The notes: generated by a model not told the origin, from the sequence alone. A stretch of DNA of 64,000 nt from Dehalococcoidia bacterium (GCA_020845735.1 JADLFF010000017.1:8704-72703), one strand, 5' to 3'; shown: positions 9,916 through 18,650, counted from the first letter of the stretch. Program-made: numbers and translations.

Positions 9916-10605
9916 ATGCGAGTCCAGGTACGGCTGTTCGCCGGTCTCAGGCAGCTCGTCGGCGGGGACATCGAAGAGGACTTCGATGGCGATCGCGTCG
10001 CGGTCTCGGACCTCACGGAACGCCTCGCCGCGCGATACCCCGAGCTCCGACCGCACTTCGAGGTGATCGCCGTCGCGGTCAACGAGGAGTACTGCACCGA
10101 CCGGAACCAGCTCATCCGCGAGGGAGACGAGGTCGCCCTCATCCAGCCGATCTCCGGCGGTGCGGACACGGCAACCCCTCGCTTCCTGGTGACGCGCGAC
10201 AGACTCGAGGCGGACACCCTCCGCGCGGCCGTACTCACCCCCTCGAGCGGCGCGCTGGTGGTGTTCGAAGGCGTCGTCCGGGACCGTCACGAGGGCCATG
10301 TCGTGCTGCGCCTCGAATACGAGGCCTACGAGCCGATGGCCGAACGGACGCTCCGCGAGGTCGGGGAGGCCGTGCGGCGCGACTTCGCCGTGCACGACGT
10401 TGCCATTCACCATCGCGTCGGGATGCTGGAGGTCGGCGAGACCTCGCTCCTGGTCGCCGTCAGCGCCGAGCACCGGCGGGACGCCTTCGAGGCCGCACTC
10501 GCCGCGGTGGACCGCGTCAAGGAATCGGTGCCGGTCTGGAAGCGCGAGTTCAGCCCCGACGGCGTCACGTGGCAAGAAGGCATCCCGCCTCGACCCGTCG
10601 CCTAG
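9916..10605 (+). CDS. moaE: fused molybdopterin synthase: MoaD-like sulfur-carrier domain (ends ...ISGG) joined to MoaE catalytic subunit
   Basis: N-terminal roughly 85 aa, MRVQVRLFAGLRQ...LIQPISGG, is MoaD/ThiS beta-grasp. The remainder matches the MoaE family. ATG at 9916 chosen over the ORF-track start at 9862. Confidence 0.7.
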   Translation: MRVQVRLFAGLRQLVGGDIEEDFDGDRVAVSDLTERLAARYPELRPHFEVIAVAVNEEYCTDRNQLIREGDEVALIQPISGGADTATPRFLVTRDRLEADTLRAAVLTPSSGALVVFEGVVRDRHEGHVVLRLEYEAYEPMAERTLREVGEAVRRDFAVHDVAIHHRVGMLEVGETSLLVAVSAEHRRDAFEAALAAVDRVKESVPVWKREFSPDGVTWQEGIPPRPVA

Positions 10606-10618
10606 ACCGCCCGGCCTC

Positions 10619-12016
10619 CTACACCCCGCCGAGGCGGTAGTCGGGCGCCGTCACCTCATACACCACGCTCGCATCGAGGTCGGACAGCCGCGAGGCGATC
10701 CGCGGCTCCATCGCCCCCAGCTCCACGTTCGTCGTGACGATCGTGTGCGCGTGCGTGACGTGGCGGTGGTTGATCAGCTGGTAGAGCTTCTCCTGCGCCC
10801 ACGGGCTCGATTGCTGCGCGCCCAGGTCATCGAGGACGAGCAGCGGCACATCGAGCAGGGGCTTGAACATGCGCTCGAATCGGGACGGCGCCCCCGGTCC
10901 GAACGTCGAGCGCAGCTCGTCGAGGAGGTCCGGGACATTGGCAAAGCAGACGCGCTCGCCTCGATTGAGGCGGTATCCGGCGATGGCCGACGCGAGGTGC
11001 GTCTTTCCTGAGCCATTGCCCCCGATCAGGACCAGCCACCCGTGTGGTGACTCGGCCCACTGCCTCGCGAGGCGGTACGCCCCCTCGAGATTGTCGCGGA
11101 CCTTGCCGCGGAGACCGCGTCCTCCGGGGCTGAAGTTCTCGAAGGTGAAGTCGAGCATGCGTGCGCGCGTCATCGCGCCGACGTGCGAGTAGAGCGGCGC
11201 CACTTCCTCCTGCAGCACGAGCACCTGCGACATCGCAGGGTCCGACAGCCGAGCTGCCAGGCGGGCGTCGAGGTCCCCGAGCGCCTGCTCGCACGTGAAC
11301 ACCGTGGGGAGCGCGGCGTGGAATCGATGTGAGACGAGCTGCAGGAACTTCTCCCGCGCCCACGCCGTCTCGGCGAATGCGTCCAGGTCATCGAGGATCA
11401 CCAGCGGCGCGTTGCGCAGCTGCTCGAGGAGGCGCTCGTAGGGCAGCTCGGCGTCCTCACCGTACGAGGCGCGCAGTTGATCGAGCAGATCCGCGACGCC
11501 GAAGAAGAGCGCGGGCGTGCCGCGCTCGATCGCGCGAGAGGCGATCGCCGCGGCCAGGTGCGTCTTGCCGCAGCCCGGCACCCCCGAGATCACGAGCCAG
11601 CCCTCCGCATGCTCGGCGTATTGCTCCGCGACCGCGACCGCCTGCTCGTATCGCTGCTGCACCTCGGGATCCTCCGAGCGGCCGCGCCGTAGCAGCGTGT
11701 CGAAGGTCATCCGGCTCAGCGCACCCAGGCGCGAGTACCGCAGGAGGCGATCGTGGCGCACGTGCGAGTCCTCGTGGCGCACGCACTCACACGGCACCGC
11801 CTGGCCGAAGGCAGGGTCGTCGGGATCAGCGGTCACGCGGACAAAGCGGGCGCCGAGGCAGAGTGCGCACTCTGCTGGCCGTGGACGCTGCGACCGTCGA
11901 TCGGCCGCCTCAGGGCCAGTCGCGTCGGACCACGCGAGCGTATCGATCACCCGCCGCTCGAGGGCCTGCGACGTGCGCCGGCGTTGGGCCTCCAGCAGAT
12001 CCTGCAGCGCGTCCAT
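10619..12016 (-). CDS. DnaC/DnaI/IstB-type AAA+ helicase-loader homologue with two tandem complete ATPase domains and an N-terminal Cys-rich zinc ribbon
   Basis: Two Walker A motifs (GVPGCGKTHLAAAIA; GGNGSGKTHLASAIA) and two Walker B motifs (VILDDLD; LVLDDLG), each preceded by the TFD/TFENF segment typical of DnaC/IstB. CALCLG...CEC cluster upstream. Start ambiguous: ATG 12016 (GGAG 8 nt upstream) or 12028. Either overlaps the DnaD-like gene by about 100 bp. Confidence 0.6.
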   Translation of the reverse strand: MDALQDLLEAQRRRTSQALERRVIDTLAWSDATGPEAADRRSQRPRPAECALCLGARFVRVTADPDDPAFGQAVPCECVRHEDSHVRHDRLLRYSRLGALSRMTFDTLLRRGRSEDPEVQQRYEQAVAVAEQYAEHAEGWLVISGVPGCGKTHLAAAIASRAIERGTPALFFGVADLLDQLRASYGEDAELPYERLLEQLRNAPLVILDDLDAFAETAWAREKFLQLVSHRFHAALPTVFTCEQALGDLDARLAARLSDPAMSQVLVLQEEVAPLYSHVGAMTRARMLDFTFENFSPGGRGLRGKVRDNLEGAYRLARQWAESPHGWLVLIGGNGSGKTHLASAIAGYRLNRGERVCFANVPDLLDELRSTFGPGAPSRFERMFKPLLDVPLLVLDDLGAQQSSPWAQEKLYQLINHRHVTHAHTIVTTNVELGAMEPRIASRLSDLDASVVYEVTAPDYRLGGV

Positions 12017-12671
12017 GCTCGACTCCATCCTCGGGGCCCGGCTCCGGGCCACGAGCACGCCCCTCTTGCTCCCACCCGCGGAGGACTGCTGCCGCGTAGT
12101 TCCAGTTGCGCGCGCCACGTCTCGAGGCCAGGCGCAGCGCCTCCACGACCCACGCCTGGGGATAGCGCTCGCAGGCTTCGCTGAGCGACTCCGCCACGGC
12201 CGGAGTCAGCGCTCCCATCTCCGACTCGTACACCCTCGCCGGGTCCGCCGGCGCCTCCGCGGGATGTCCGGCGGCCAGAGGGACCGGCGGCGCCAGGGCT
12301 CCCGACTGGACCGCGGCCAGCGATCGGCGACCGACGTCGCTGTTCAGGAAGTACAGCGTGTCGCCATCCTCGAGGGCACAGGCGAGCAGCACCCCGCGAG
12401 CACGCGCCGCCGCCAGTCCGAACGTGAGCGCCTGGCGCCCCCCCAGCGTCTCGAGGGCCTCGACAAGCGGCGACTCGCTGGCCAACTCGCTCTCCCGGAT
12501 CGCCCGCAGCCGCCCGCGCCGACGTTGAATCGCGTACAGCGCGTAGAGCGTGACGCGCAGCTCCACCGGATCGGCAATCGCGGGAAGAAGCTCGGTGAAG
12601 AGCTGCACGGGCAAGGTGGTAGCCGGCGCTCCGGCGATGAACCCCGTGAACGACGACGTGCGATGAGTCAC
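11910..12671 (-). CDS. DnaD-domain replication initiation / helicase-loading protein
   Basis: C-terminal DnaD/DnaB_2 signature ...RNWNYAAAVLRGWEQEG. N-terminal winged-helix-like region. Located between dnaB and the DnaC-like gene. Confidence 0.55.
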   Translation of the reverse strand: MTHRTSSFTGFIAGAPATTLPVQLFTELLPAIADPVELRVTLYALYAIQRRRGRLRAIRESELASESPLVEALETLGGRQALTFGLAAARARGVLLACALEDGDTLYFLNSDVGRRSLAAVQSGALAPPVPLAAGHPAEAPADPARVYESEMGALTPAVAESLSEACERYPQAWVVEALRLASRRGARNWNYAAAVLRGWEQEGRARGPEPGPEDGVEHGRAAGSAGGPTPAHVAGPRAAGDRYARVVRRDWP

Positions 12672-12714
12672 TGCTCACCCCTCCCGCCAGCTCGCTGAGG
12701 ACGCGTGCCTTCCA

Positions 12715-14166
12715 TCAGAAGTCCGGCGGCGGCTGGCGCAGCACCAGGTCCATGAACGAGGCCGTTCGATCCCTGAAGCGCACGGTGACGGTATCCGTCG
12801 GGCCGTTTCGATGCTTGGCGATGATGATCTGCGCAAGCCCCGTCGGATGCTGGCCGCCGGGCTGGTCAGGATGCTGCTCCTGCCACTCCTCGGGCGTGCG
12901 ATACACGTCCTCGCGGTAGATGAACATGACGACATCGGCGTCCTGCTCGATGGAGCCCGACTCGCGGAGGTCGGACAGCATCGGGATGTGGGGCTGCCTC
13001 GTCTCCACCGCTCGAGACAGCTGCGCAGCCGCGATCACCGGCACTTTCAACTCGCGAGCAAGCTCCTTGAGGGAACGGGTGATGCCGGAGATCTCGTTCA
13101 CGCGCGTGTCGAGGCGTCCCGCCCCGTGGAGGAGCTGGAGGTAGTCGACGATCACGAGGTCGAGCCCCTGGTCGGCCTGCAGTCGACGGAGCTTCGCGCG
13201 GATCTCGGGGACCGACAGGTACGCCGAGTCATCGATGAAGATCTTCGCCTCGCCCAGCACGCCGATGGCGTGCATGATCCGCGCCTCCTCGTCCTCGCGA
13301 TGCATACCCAGGCGCAGCCGCGTCGAGTCGACATCGGCCTCATGGGACAGGAGTCGCATCGCAAGTTGCTCCGCCGACATCTCGAGTGCGAAGAAGGCAA
13401 CCGTCCCCTTTGAGCCCACCGCCGCGTTCCTCGCGAAGTTGAGGAGCAGCGACGACTTGCCGACGCCCGTGCGTGCGGCCAGCACCACGAGGTCGCCACG
13501 CTTGAACCCACCCAGGACCGTGTCGAGGTCCATGAACCCCGTGCGGACGGCGACCGTGTGCATCGCGTCCTGCTCGTCGCCGGGATTCTCGAGGAAGTCC
13601 TCCAGCAGACCCCGCAGGCGCTGGAAGTCGCCGGCCGACTCGGCGCTGCGCAGATCGAGCAGCAGCGTCTCCGCCGCCGAGAGCACCGCACTCGCGTCCG
13701 GACCGCCCTGGTACGCGACGCGCGCGATCTCGCCTGCGGCCTCGATCAGCCGCCGGTAGAGGGCGTCGCGAGCGACGATGCGCGCGTGCGCCTCGACGCC
13801 GACCGCGGTGAAGTACTTGCCGGCGAGGTCAACGAGGTACGCCTCGCCACCGCTGGCATCGAGGCGCCCCGCCCGCTCGAGGTCGTGCGCAACGGTCGCG
13901 ACCGTGATCGGCTCGCCGCGCTCGGCGACGGCCTGGGCCGCCTCGTAGCACCAGCGGTTCTGCTCGCGGAAGAAGTCCTCGGGCTGCAGGATGCTGAGGA
14001 CACGGGCGTACGCCTCCTCGTCGAGGAGCATCGCCGCCAGGACCGCTTCCTCCGCACCGACGTCGTGAGGTGGGAGACCACCCTGCGGGCCGCGCGTGGC
14101 CTCGCGATCCTGGTCACCCCGACGAGAACCGGACCGGAACGGTGCCGGTCTCCCCTCGATGACCAT
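12715..14166 (-). CDS. dnaB: replicative DNA helicase DnaB
   Basis: Full-length match to DnaB, no intein: N-terminal domain, Walker A GVGKSS, and the RecA-like C-terminal domain motifs. Confidence 0.9.
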   Translation of the reverse strand: MVIEGRPAPFRSGSRRGDQDREATRGPQGGLPPHDVGAEEAVLAAMLLDEEAYARVLSILQPEDFFREQNRWCYEAAQAVAERGEPITVATVAHDLERAGRLDASGGEAYLVDLAGKYFTAVGVEAHARIVARDALYRRLIEAAGEIARVAYQGGPDASAVLSAAETLLLDLRSAESAGDFQRLRGLLEDFLENPGDEQDAMHTVAVRTGFMDLDTVLGGFKRGDLVVLAARTGVGKSSLLLNFARNAAVGSKGTVAFFALEMSAEQLAMRLLSHEADVDSTRLRLGMHREDEEARIMHAIGVLGEAKIFIDDSAYLSVPEIRAKLRRLQADQGLDLVIVDYLQLLHGAGRLDTRVNEISGITRSLKELARELKVPVIAAAQLSRAVETRQPHIPMLSDLRESGSIEQDADVVMFIYREDVYRTPEEWQEQHPDQPGGQHPTGLAQIIIAKHRNGPTDTVTVRFRDRTASFMDLVLRQPPPDF

Positions 14167-14177
14167 GGCGGAGCGGC

Positions 14178-14813
14178 TTAGGGAGTCGAGGCGTCCCCCG
14201 CGTCGTCGAGGTTGTCCTCGGCGGCTGCGGCGGACCCATCGCTGTGCGAGGATTCGCCCGACTCCGACACACCCGCGGTGCCGTAAGCGTCAGCGCTGGT
14301 TGCCTCGTCCTCGTCAGCCGGCGGAGCCAGCATCGCCTGGACGGCAGCCTCGACGCCTTCCGACGCCTCAGCATCGACAACCACCACCGTCGCGTTGCCT
14401 GTCACATTGCGCGACAGGCGAACGGGGACGGCGTATACGCCAACGGTCCGAATCACCTCGGGCAGCAGGATGCGACGCCTGTCCAGTTGATCGCCAAGAA
14501 TCTCCCCAGCCTTCTCGGCGATATCCGCGTTGGTCACGGAACCGTACAAGCGTCCCTGCTCGCCCACCCTGACGGCCATCACGAGCGGGCGGCTCTCAAG
14601 CGTGCCGACCAGCCCTCGAGCCTGCTCGTCCTGGGACTGTTGCCGCTGTTCCTCAATCGCAGCGAGCTGCGCGGCTCGCTCCAGGACCTGCGGCGTTGCC
14701 GGTGCGGCGAGGCCGCGCGGCAAGAGGAAGTTCCGAGCGTATCCATTGGCGACGTTGCGCACCTCGCCCATGGACCCGGAACCCTCAACTGTCTCCAGGA
14801 AGACAACCTTCAC
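14178..14813 (-). CDS. rplI: 50S ribosomal protein L9 with about 60-aa acidic C-terminal tail
   Basis: [36 protein letters not shown] is canonical L9. GTG start with a GAGAGGG RBS. Asp/Glu/Ser/Ala-rich C-terminal extension. Confidence 0.8.
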   Translation of the reverse strand: MKVVFLETVEGSGSMGEVRNVANGYARNFLLPRGLAAPATPQVLERAAQLAAIEEQRQQSQDEQARGLVGTLESRPLVMAVRVGEQGRLYGSVTNADIAEKAGEILGDQLDRRRILLPEVIRTVGVYAVPVRLSRNVTGNATVVVVDAEASEGVEAAVQAMLAPPADEDEATSADAYGTAGVSESGESSHSDGSAAAAEDNLDDAGDASTP

Positions 14814-15045
14814 GGCGGGACACCCTCTCAGCGTGTCGGAGCCGGGACGCCGCCCATGTTCGGGGCGCTGACCCTTCCGATCCGCGGGTTACACACAGGG
14901 TTGTCCGAAGCGAGGTGGCGGCTATCCAAGCCGGACTCGCCTCGAACGTCGGCACGCTGTGGACTCTTGAACGAGTGCCAGCGTAACCGCGCCTGCACCT
15001 TCCCCGCAATCGAAGTCAGCGGCCGCCCACGGGCGAGCCGGACAC

Positions 15046-15074
15046 ACAGTAGAACGTGCGTTCCAGGATGTCAA
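15046..15074 (-). promoter_or_regulatory. candidate sigma-70 promoter (TTGACA-17nt-TACTGT) about 230 nt upstream of rplI-dnaB
   Basis: Perfect -35 hexamer and TAnnnT -10 with 17-nt spacing in the 365-bp purL-rplI intergenic region. Implies a long 5-prime leader. Confidence 0.35.
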
Positions 15075-15178
15075 ACATCTGTTCGAGGAGATGCGAGATC
15101 CGGCTCAGCAGACGCGGGTCACGATGGGAGGGCGCGTGAGCAGTCGCGGCCCCGCGCATCGTCGTTCCCTCGCGTTGG

Positions 15179-17398
15179 CTACTCCGCCTCGACGCCCGCG
15201 AGTCGCTCCGGGAGTGCGCGCTCGTACGTCTCGCGCATCGCCTCGATGTCGACGTCCACCGGCCCGAGGCGCAACCGAGCGCCACCGGCCGTGCCCAACC
15301 GCACCGCGGGAACGTTCGCCGCGCGCGCCAGCTCGAGCAGGGTGCCCGCATCGCGCGTGCCGACGACGAATCGCGACGGGGCCTCACCGAACAGCGCTGC
15401 ATCCAGACGCCCCGCCACCGCGAGCGCGGACGCATCGAGTCCCGTCGCGCCCGCCATGCACGACTCGGCGAGGGTGGCCGCCAGGCCGCCGTCCGCGCAG
15501 TCATGCGCGCCCGTCAGCAGTTCTCGCCGGTGCGCCTCGAGAACGAGTCGTTGCACGCGCGCCTCAAACTCGAGGTCAATCGACGGCAGGCCCGCGGCAC
15601 GCCCCAGCGTCAACGCCTGGTACTCGGACCCGGCGAGCGTGGCAACCGGCTGCTCGAGGACCGCGCCGAGCAGGACCACCTCGTCCCCCTCGTGGAGCGC
15701 GATCTCGAGGTGGCGCTCGATGTCGTCGAGCACGCCCACGAGGCCAATCGCGGGCGTGGGCAGGACGGCCGCCTCGGGCACCTCGTTGTATAGCGACGCG
15801 TTACCGGAGATGACCGGCGTGCCGAGCACGCGCGCCGCATCCGACAGCCCGAGGATCGACTGCTCGATCTGGTAGGCGACCCCCGGCTTCTCCGGGTTCC
15901 CGAAGTTCAGGCAGTCCGTGATCGCGGCCGGCGTAGCACCCGTCGCCACGACGTTGCGCGCGGCCTCGGCGACCGCCATCGCCGCGCCAACCCGCGGCTC
16001 GAGGGCAACGAAGCGCCCGTTGCAGTCGGTGGAGACGGCGATGCCTCGAGGCGTGCCGCGCAGCCAGAGGACCGCCGCGTCACCGCCCGGCTTCACGACC
16101 GTGTGATTGAGCACCTGGTGGTCGTACTGCCGGAAGATCCACTGGCGGCTCGCGATGTTCTCCGAGGCGAGCAGCGTGAGGAGTGCCGCCGTCGCGTCTG
16201 CCGCGGCGAGGTCGGGTGGCGCATCGAGGTCCTCCGCCTGCAGCCGATCGAGCTCGCCCGGCCGCTCGGGCTCGAGCTCGTACTGCGGCGGATCGCTGAG
16301 GACGGCGATCGGAATCCGAGCGACCACGCTGCCGCCGTCGCGAATGGTCGCCATCTGGTCGTCGGTGACCGTGCCCACGACATCGGCGTGGAGCTCCCAC
16401 TTGCGAAACAGCGCCAGCACGTCATCGAGATGCTCGCGCTTCGGGATGACGAGCATCCGCTCCTGGGACTCGGACAGCATCACCTCGTACGGCGTCATGT
16501 TCCGCTCGCGACGGGGCACGAGCGCGACATCGAGCTCGAAGCCGGTGCCCGCGCGATTCGCCGACTCCACGGCACTCGAGGTCAGCCCGGCAGCACCGAG
16601 GTCCTGCAGCCCCTCGATCCAGCCGCGGTGCTGCTCAGCGAGCTCGACACACGCCTCCATGAGCAGCTTCTCCATGAACGGGTTGCCCACCTGGACGGCC
16701 GGGCGACGCTCCTCGGAGCCTTCGTCGAGCTCAACGGAGGCGAACGTCGCGCCGTGGATGCCGTCACGCCCGGTGTCGGCGCCAACGAGCACCAGCGGGT
16801 TGCCGACGCCTCGCGCGGCCGCCGAGAGCAGGTGCTCACGCCGCCCGACACCGACGCACATCGCGTTCACGAGCGGGTTCCCCGAGTAGGCCGGGTGCAT
16901 CTGCACTTCGCCGCCGACGGTCGGGACACCGATGCAGTTCCCGTACCCGCCGATGCCCGCAACCACACCTTTGAACAGCCGGCGATTGTGCGGAATCGAG
17001 AGTGGACCGAAACGCAGCGAGTCGAGCAGCGCGATGGGCCGCATGCCCATCGCGAAGATGTCCCGGAGGATGCCCCCGACGCCGGTCGCGGCGCCCTCGT
17101 ATGGCTCAATCGCACTCGGGTGGTTGTGCGACTCCATCTTGAAGACGGCGCACCACCCATCGCCGAGGTCGATCGCGCCCGCGTTCTCCTCGCCGACCTT
17201 GGTCAGCACGTACTGGCCGGTCGTCGGGAAGTGCTTGAAGAGGGGGCGCGTGTGCTTGTAGCCGCAGTGTTCCGACCACAGCGCGCCGGCCATGCCGAGC
17301 TCGACCTCGGTGGGTTCTCGGTCCAGCCGATCGATCAGCCGGTCGTACTCGGCGCGGGACATCGCGACCTGGGCGAGCGTGTGGTCATCGACGGGCAC
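15179..17398 (-). CDS. purL: phosphoribosylformylglycinamidine synthase subunit PurL
   Basis: Full-length PurL (FGAM synthase II) similarity, WSEHCGYKH motif. The ORF-track start is TTG. The GTG at V15 (17398) has a GAGGAG RBS 6 nt upstream and is preferred. Confidence 0.9.
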   Translation of the reverse strand: MPVDDHTLAQVAMSRAEYDRLIDRLDREPTEVELGMAGALWSEHCGYKHTRPLFKHFPTTGQYVLTKVGEENAGAIDLGDGWCAVFKMESHNHPSAIEPYEGAATGVGGILRDIFAMGMRPIALLDSLRFGPLSIPHNRRLFKGVVAGIGGYGNCIGVPTVGGEVQMHPAYSGNPLVNAMCVGVGRREHLLSAAARGVGNPLVLVGADTGRDGIHGATFASVELDEGSEERRPAVQVGNPFMEKLLMEACVELAEQHRGWIEGLQDLGAAGLTSSAVESANRAGTGFELDVALVPRRERNMTPYEVMLSESQERMLVIPKREHLDDVLALFRKWELHADVVGTVTDDQMATIRDGGSVVARIPIAVLSDPPQYELEPERPGELDRLQAEDLDAPPDLAAADATAALLTLLASENIASRQWIFRQYDHQVLNHTVVKPGGDAAVLWLRGTPRGIAVSTDCNGRFVALEPRVGAAMAVAEAARNVVATGATPAAITDCLNFGNPEKPGVAYQIEQSILGLSDAARVLGTPVISGNASLYNEVPEAAVLPTPAIGLVGVLDDIERHLEIALHEGDEVVLLGAVLEQPVATLAGSEYQALTLGRAAGLPSIDLEFEARVQRLVLEAHRRELLTGAHDCADGGLAATLAESCMAGATGLDASALAVAGRLDAALFGEAPSRFVVGTRDAGTLLELARAANVPAVRLGTAGGARLRLGPVDVDIEAMRETYERALPERLAGVEAE

Positions 17399-17520
17399 GT
17401 GTGCTCCTCGAATTCGGATGCGAGGGCACGAGGGTAGCAAGGCCTTCGGCGAGGAGCAGCGCTCGACATCGGGGACGGCGCCCGCTCAGGGTCCCGGGAG
17501 AACGAGGCGGGGCGAGGACG

Positions 17521-17559
17521 GAACGAAAAGAGGACTGCCGCCCAGAAGGCGGCAGTCCT
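17521..17559 (-). terminator. intrinsic terminator (12-bp perfect stem aggactgccgcc/ggcggcagtcct followed by CUUUUCGUUCC on the minus strand)
   Basis: Hairpin plus U-rich tract directly downstream of the small lipoprotein gene and upstream of purL. Confidence 0.5.
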
Positions 17560-17583
17560 TGAGCTCGATCGAGCGGACCGAAC

Positions 17584-17820
17584 CTACTTGGTGGCGGCGG
17601 TCGCCGAGGCCTTGGCGGCTGCCGTAGCAGCGGCGGTGGCAGTCTTCGGGGCGGCCGTGGGCGTCGTGGCCGCAGCCGTGGCCTTCGTGGTGGCGGCGGC
17701 GGTTGCCTTCGTCGTCGCGGTGGCCTTGGGAGCCTCTTCACCACCACTGCACGCAGCACCAACTGCGGAGCCAGCGACGATCAGAGCCAACCCGACCTGT
17801 GCCCAGCGCTTCGAAACCAT
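17584..17820 (-). CDS. small putative lipoprotein with tandem Ala/Thr/Lys-rich repeats (TTKATAAA x several)
   Basis: Signal peptide with a Cys lipobox-like site (AVGAACSGG). Coding tandem nucleotide repeats at about 17596-17715. AGGAG RBS. Confidence 0.4.
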   Translation of the reverse strand: MVSKRWAQVGLALIVAGSAVGAACSGGEEAPKATATTKATAAATTKATAAATTPTAAPKTATAAATAAAKASATAATK

Positions 17821-17843
17821 TTGCGATCATCTCCTAGCGTTCA

Positions 17844-17859
17844 CCCGGTGCGCACCGGG
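17844..17859 (-). promoter_or_regulatory. 16-bp perfect palindrome CCCGGTGCGCACCGGG immediately upstream of the small lipoprotein RBS
   Basis: Seen directly. Lies in the purQ-lipoprotein intergenic region next to a GTATAC motif. Candidate operator. Confidence 0.3.
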
Positions 17860-17951
17860 CCGCACAGCGGCACCGGACCGAGGAAAGGCTACGGCTGCCC
17901 GTCGTTACCCTCAACTGGTATACCCGGCATCACACGAGGATTTTTCCCGAC

Positions 17952-18650
17952 TTACCGGGACGAAACCCCGACGCTTTCCAGCATCGAGTGCCAGATCGCG
18001 TTGCCGTCCTCACCACCGAGTCGGGAGTCGCACGCCCGTTCTGGATGCGGCATCATTCCCAGGACGTTGCCGCGCTCGTTGAGTACGCCGGCGATATTCC
18101 GCACTGAACCGTTCGGATTCGCCTCGGGCGTAACTACACCCGAGGCATCGCAATAACGGAAGGCCACACGGCCCGCATCCTCGAGGCGATCAAGTGTCGC
18201 CTCGTCAGCGAAGTAATTGCCTTCGCCGTGCGAGATCGGAATCCGGAGCGGATGCCGCGGGTCGAGTCCTTGCGTGAATGATGATGCCCGGTTGTCCACG
18301 AGGAGGTGCACATCCTGGCATCGGAACTGCAGCGATGCGTTCCGCATCAGCACCCCCGGAAGGAGGCCCGCTTCGCAGAGGATCTGGAACCCGTTGCAGA
18401 TCCCAATGACGAGTCCGCCGTTCGCGGCATGCGACTGCACCGCTCCCATGATCGGAGAGAACCGCGCGATTGCGCCGCATCGGAGGTAGTCGCCGTACGA
18501 GAAGCCACCGGCGAGTACGACGAGCTCATCGTCGTCAAGATGCGTCTCACGATGCCAGACACGTCGCGAGGGCACACCGACGCGCTCGAGTGCATACATG
18601 CAGTCGGAGTCGCTCCACGTCCCGGGAAACACAAGGACAGCAGCCCGCAT
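17952..18650 (-). CDS. purQ: phosphoribosylformylglycinamidine synthase subunit PurQ (glutaminase)
   Basis: Class I glutamine amidotransferase with GICNGFQ catalytic Cys and C-terminal HPE; PurQ family throughout. Confidence 0.9.
   Translation of the reverse strand: MRAAVLVFPGTWSDSDCMYALERVGVPSRRVWHRETHLDDDELVVLAGGFSYGDYLRCGAIARFSPIMGAVQSHAANGGLVIGICNGFQILCEAGLLPGVLMRNASLQFRCQDVHLLVDNRASSFTQGLDPRHPLRIPISHGEGNYFADEATLDRLEDAGRVAFRYCDASGVVTPEANPNGSVRNIAGVLNERGNVLGMMPHPERACDSRLGGEDGNAIWHSMLESVGVSSR

Noticed and set aside
11947-12678. Alternative minus-strand frame (243 aa) overlapping the DnaD-like gene
   Set aside because: Arg/Gly-rich composition and no motifs; the other frame carries the DnaD signature.
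12715-14166. Intein in dnaB
   Set aside because: DnaB is 483 aa and colinear with intein-free helicases.
17590-17720. Tandem repeats as a CRISPR or other non-coding array
   Set aside because: Repeats are in-frame coding repeats inside a small lipoprotein ORF, with no spacer structure. No CRISPR-like repeat-spacer arrays found anywhere.
17441-17951. Searched for a purS gene between purQ and purL
   Set aside because: No roughly 80-aa ORF with PurS-like sequence in any frame; only the repeat lipoprotein ORF and antisense junk.
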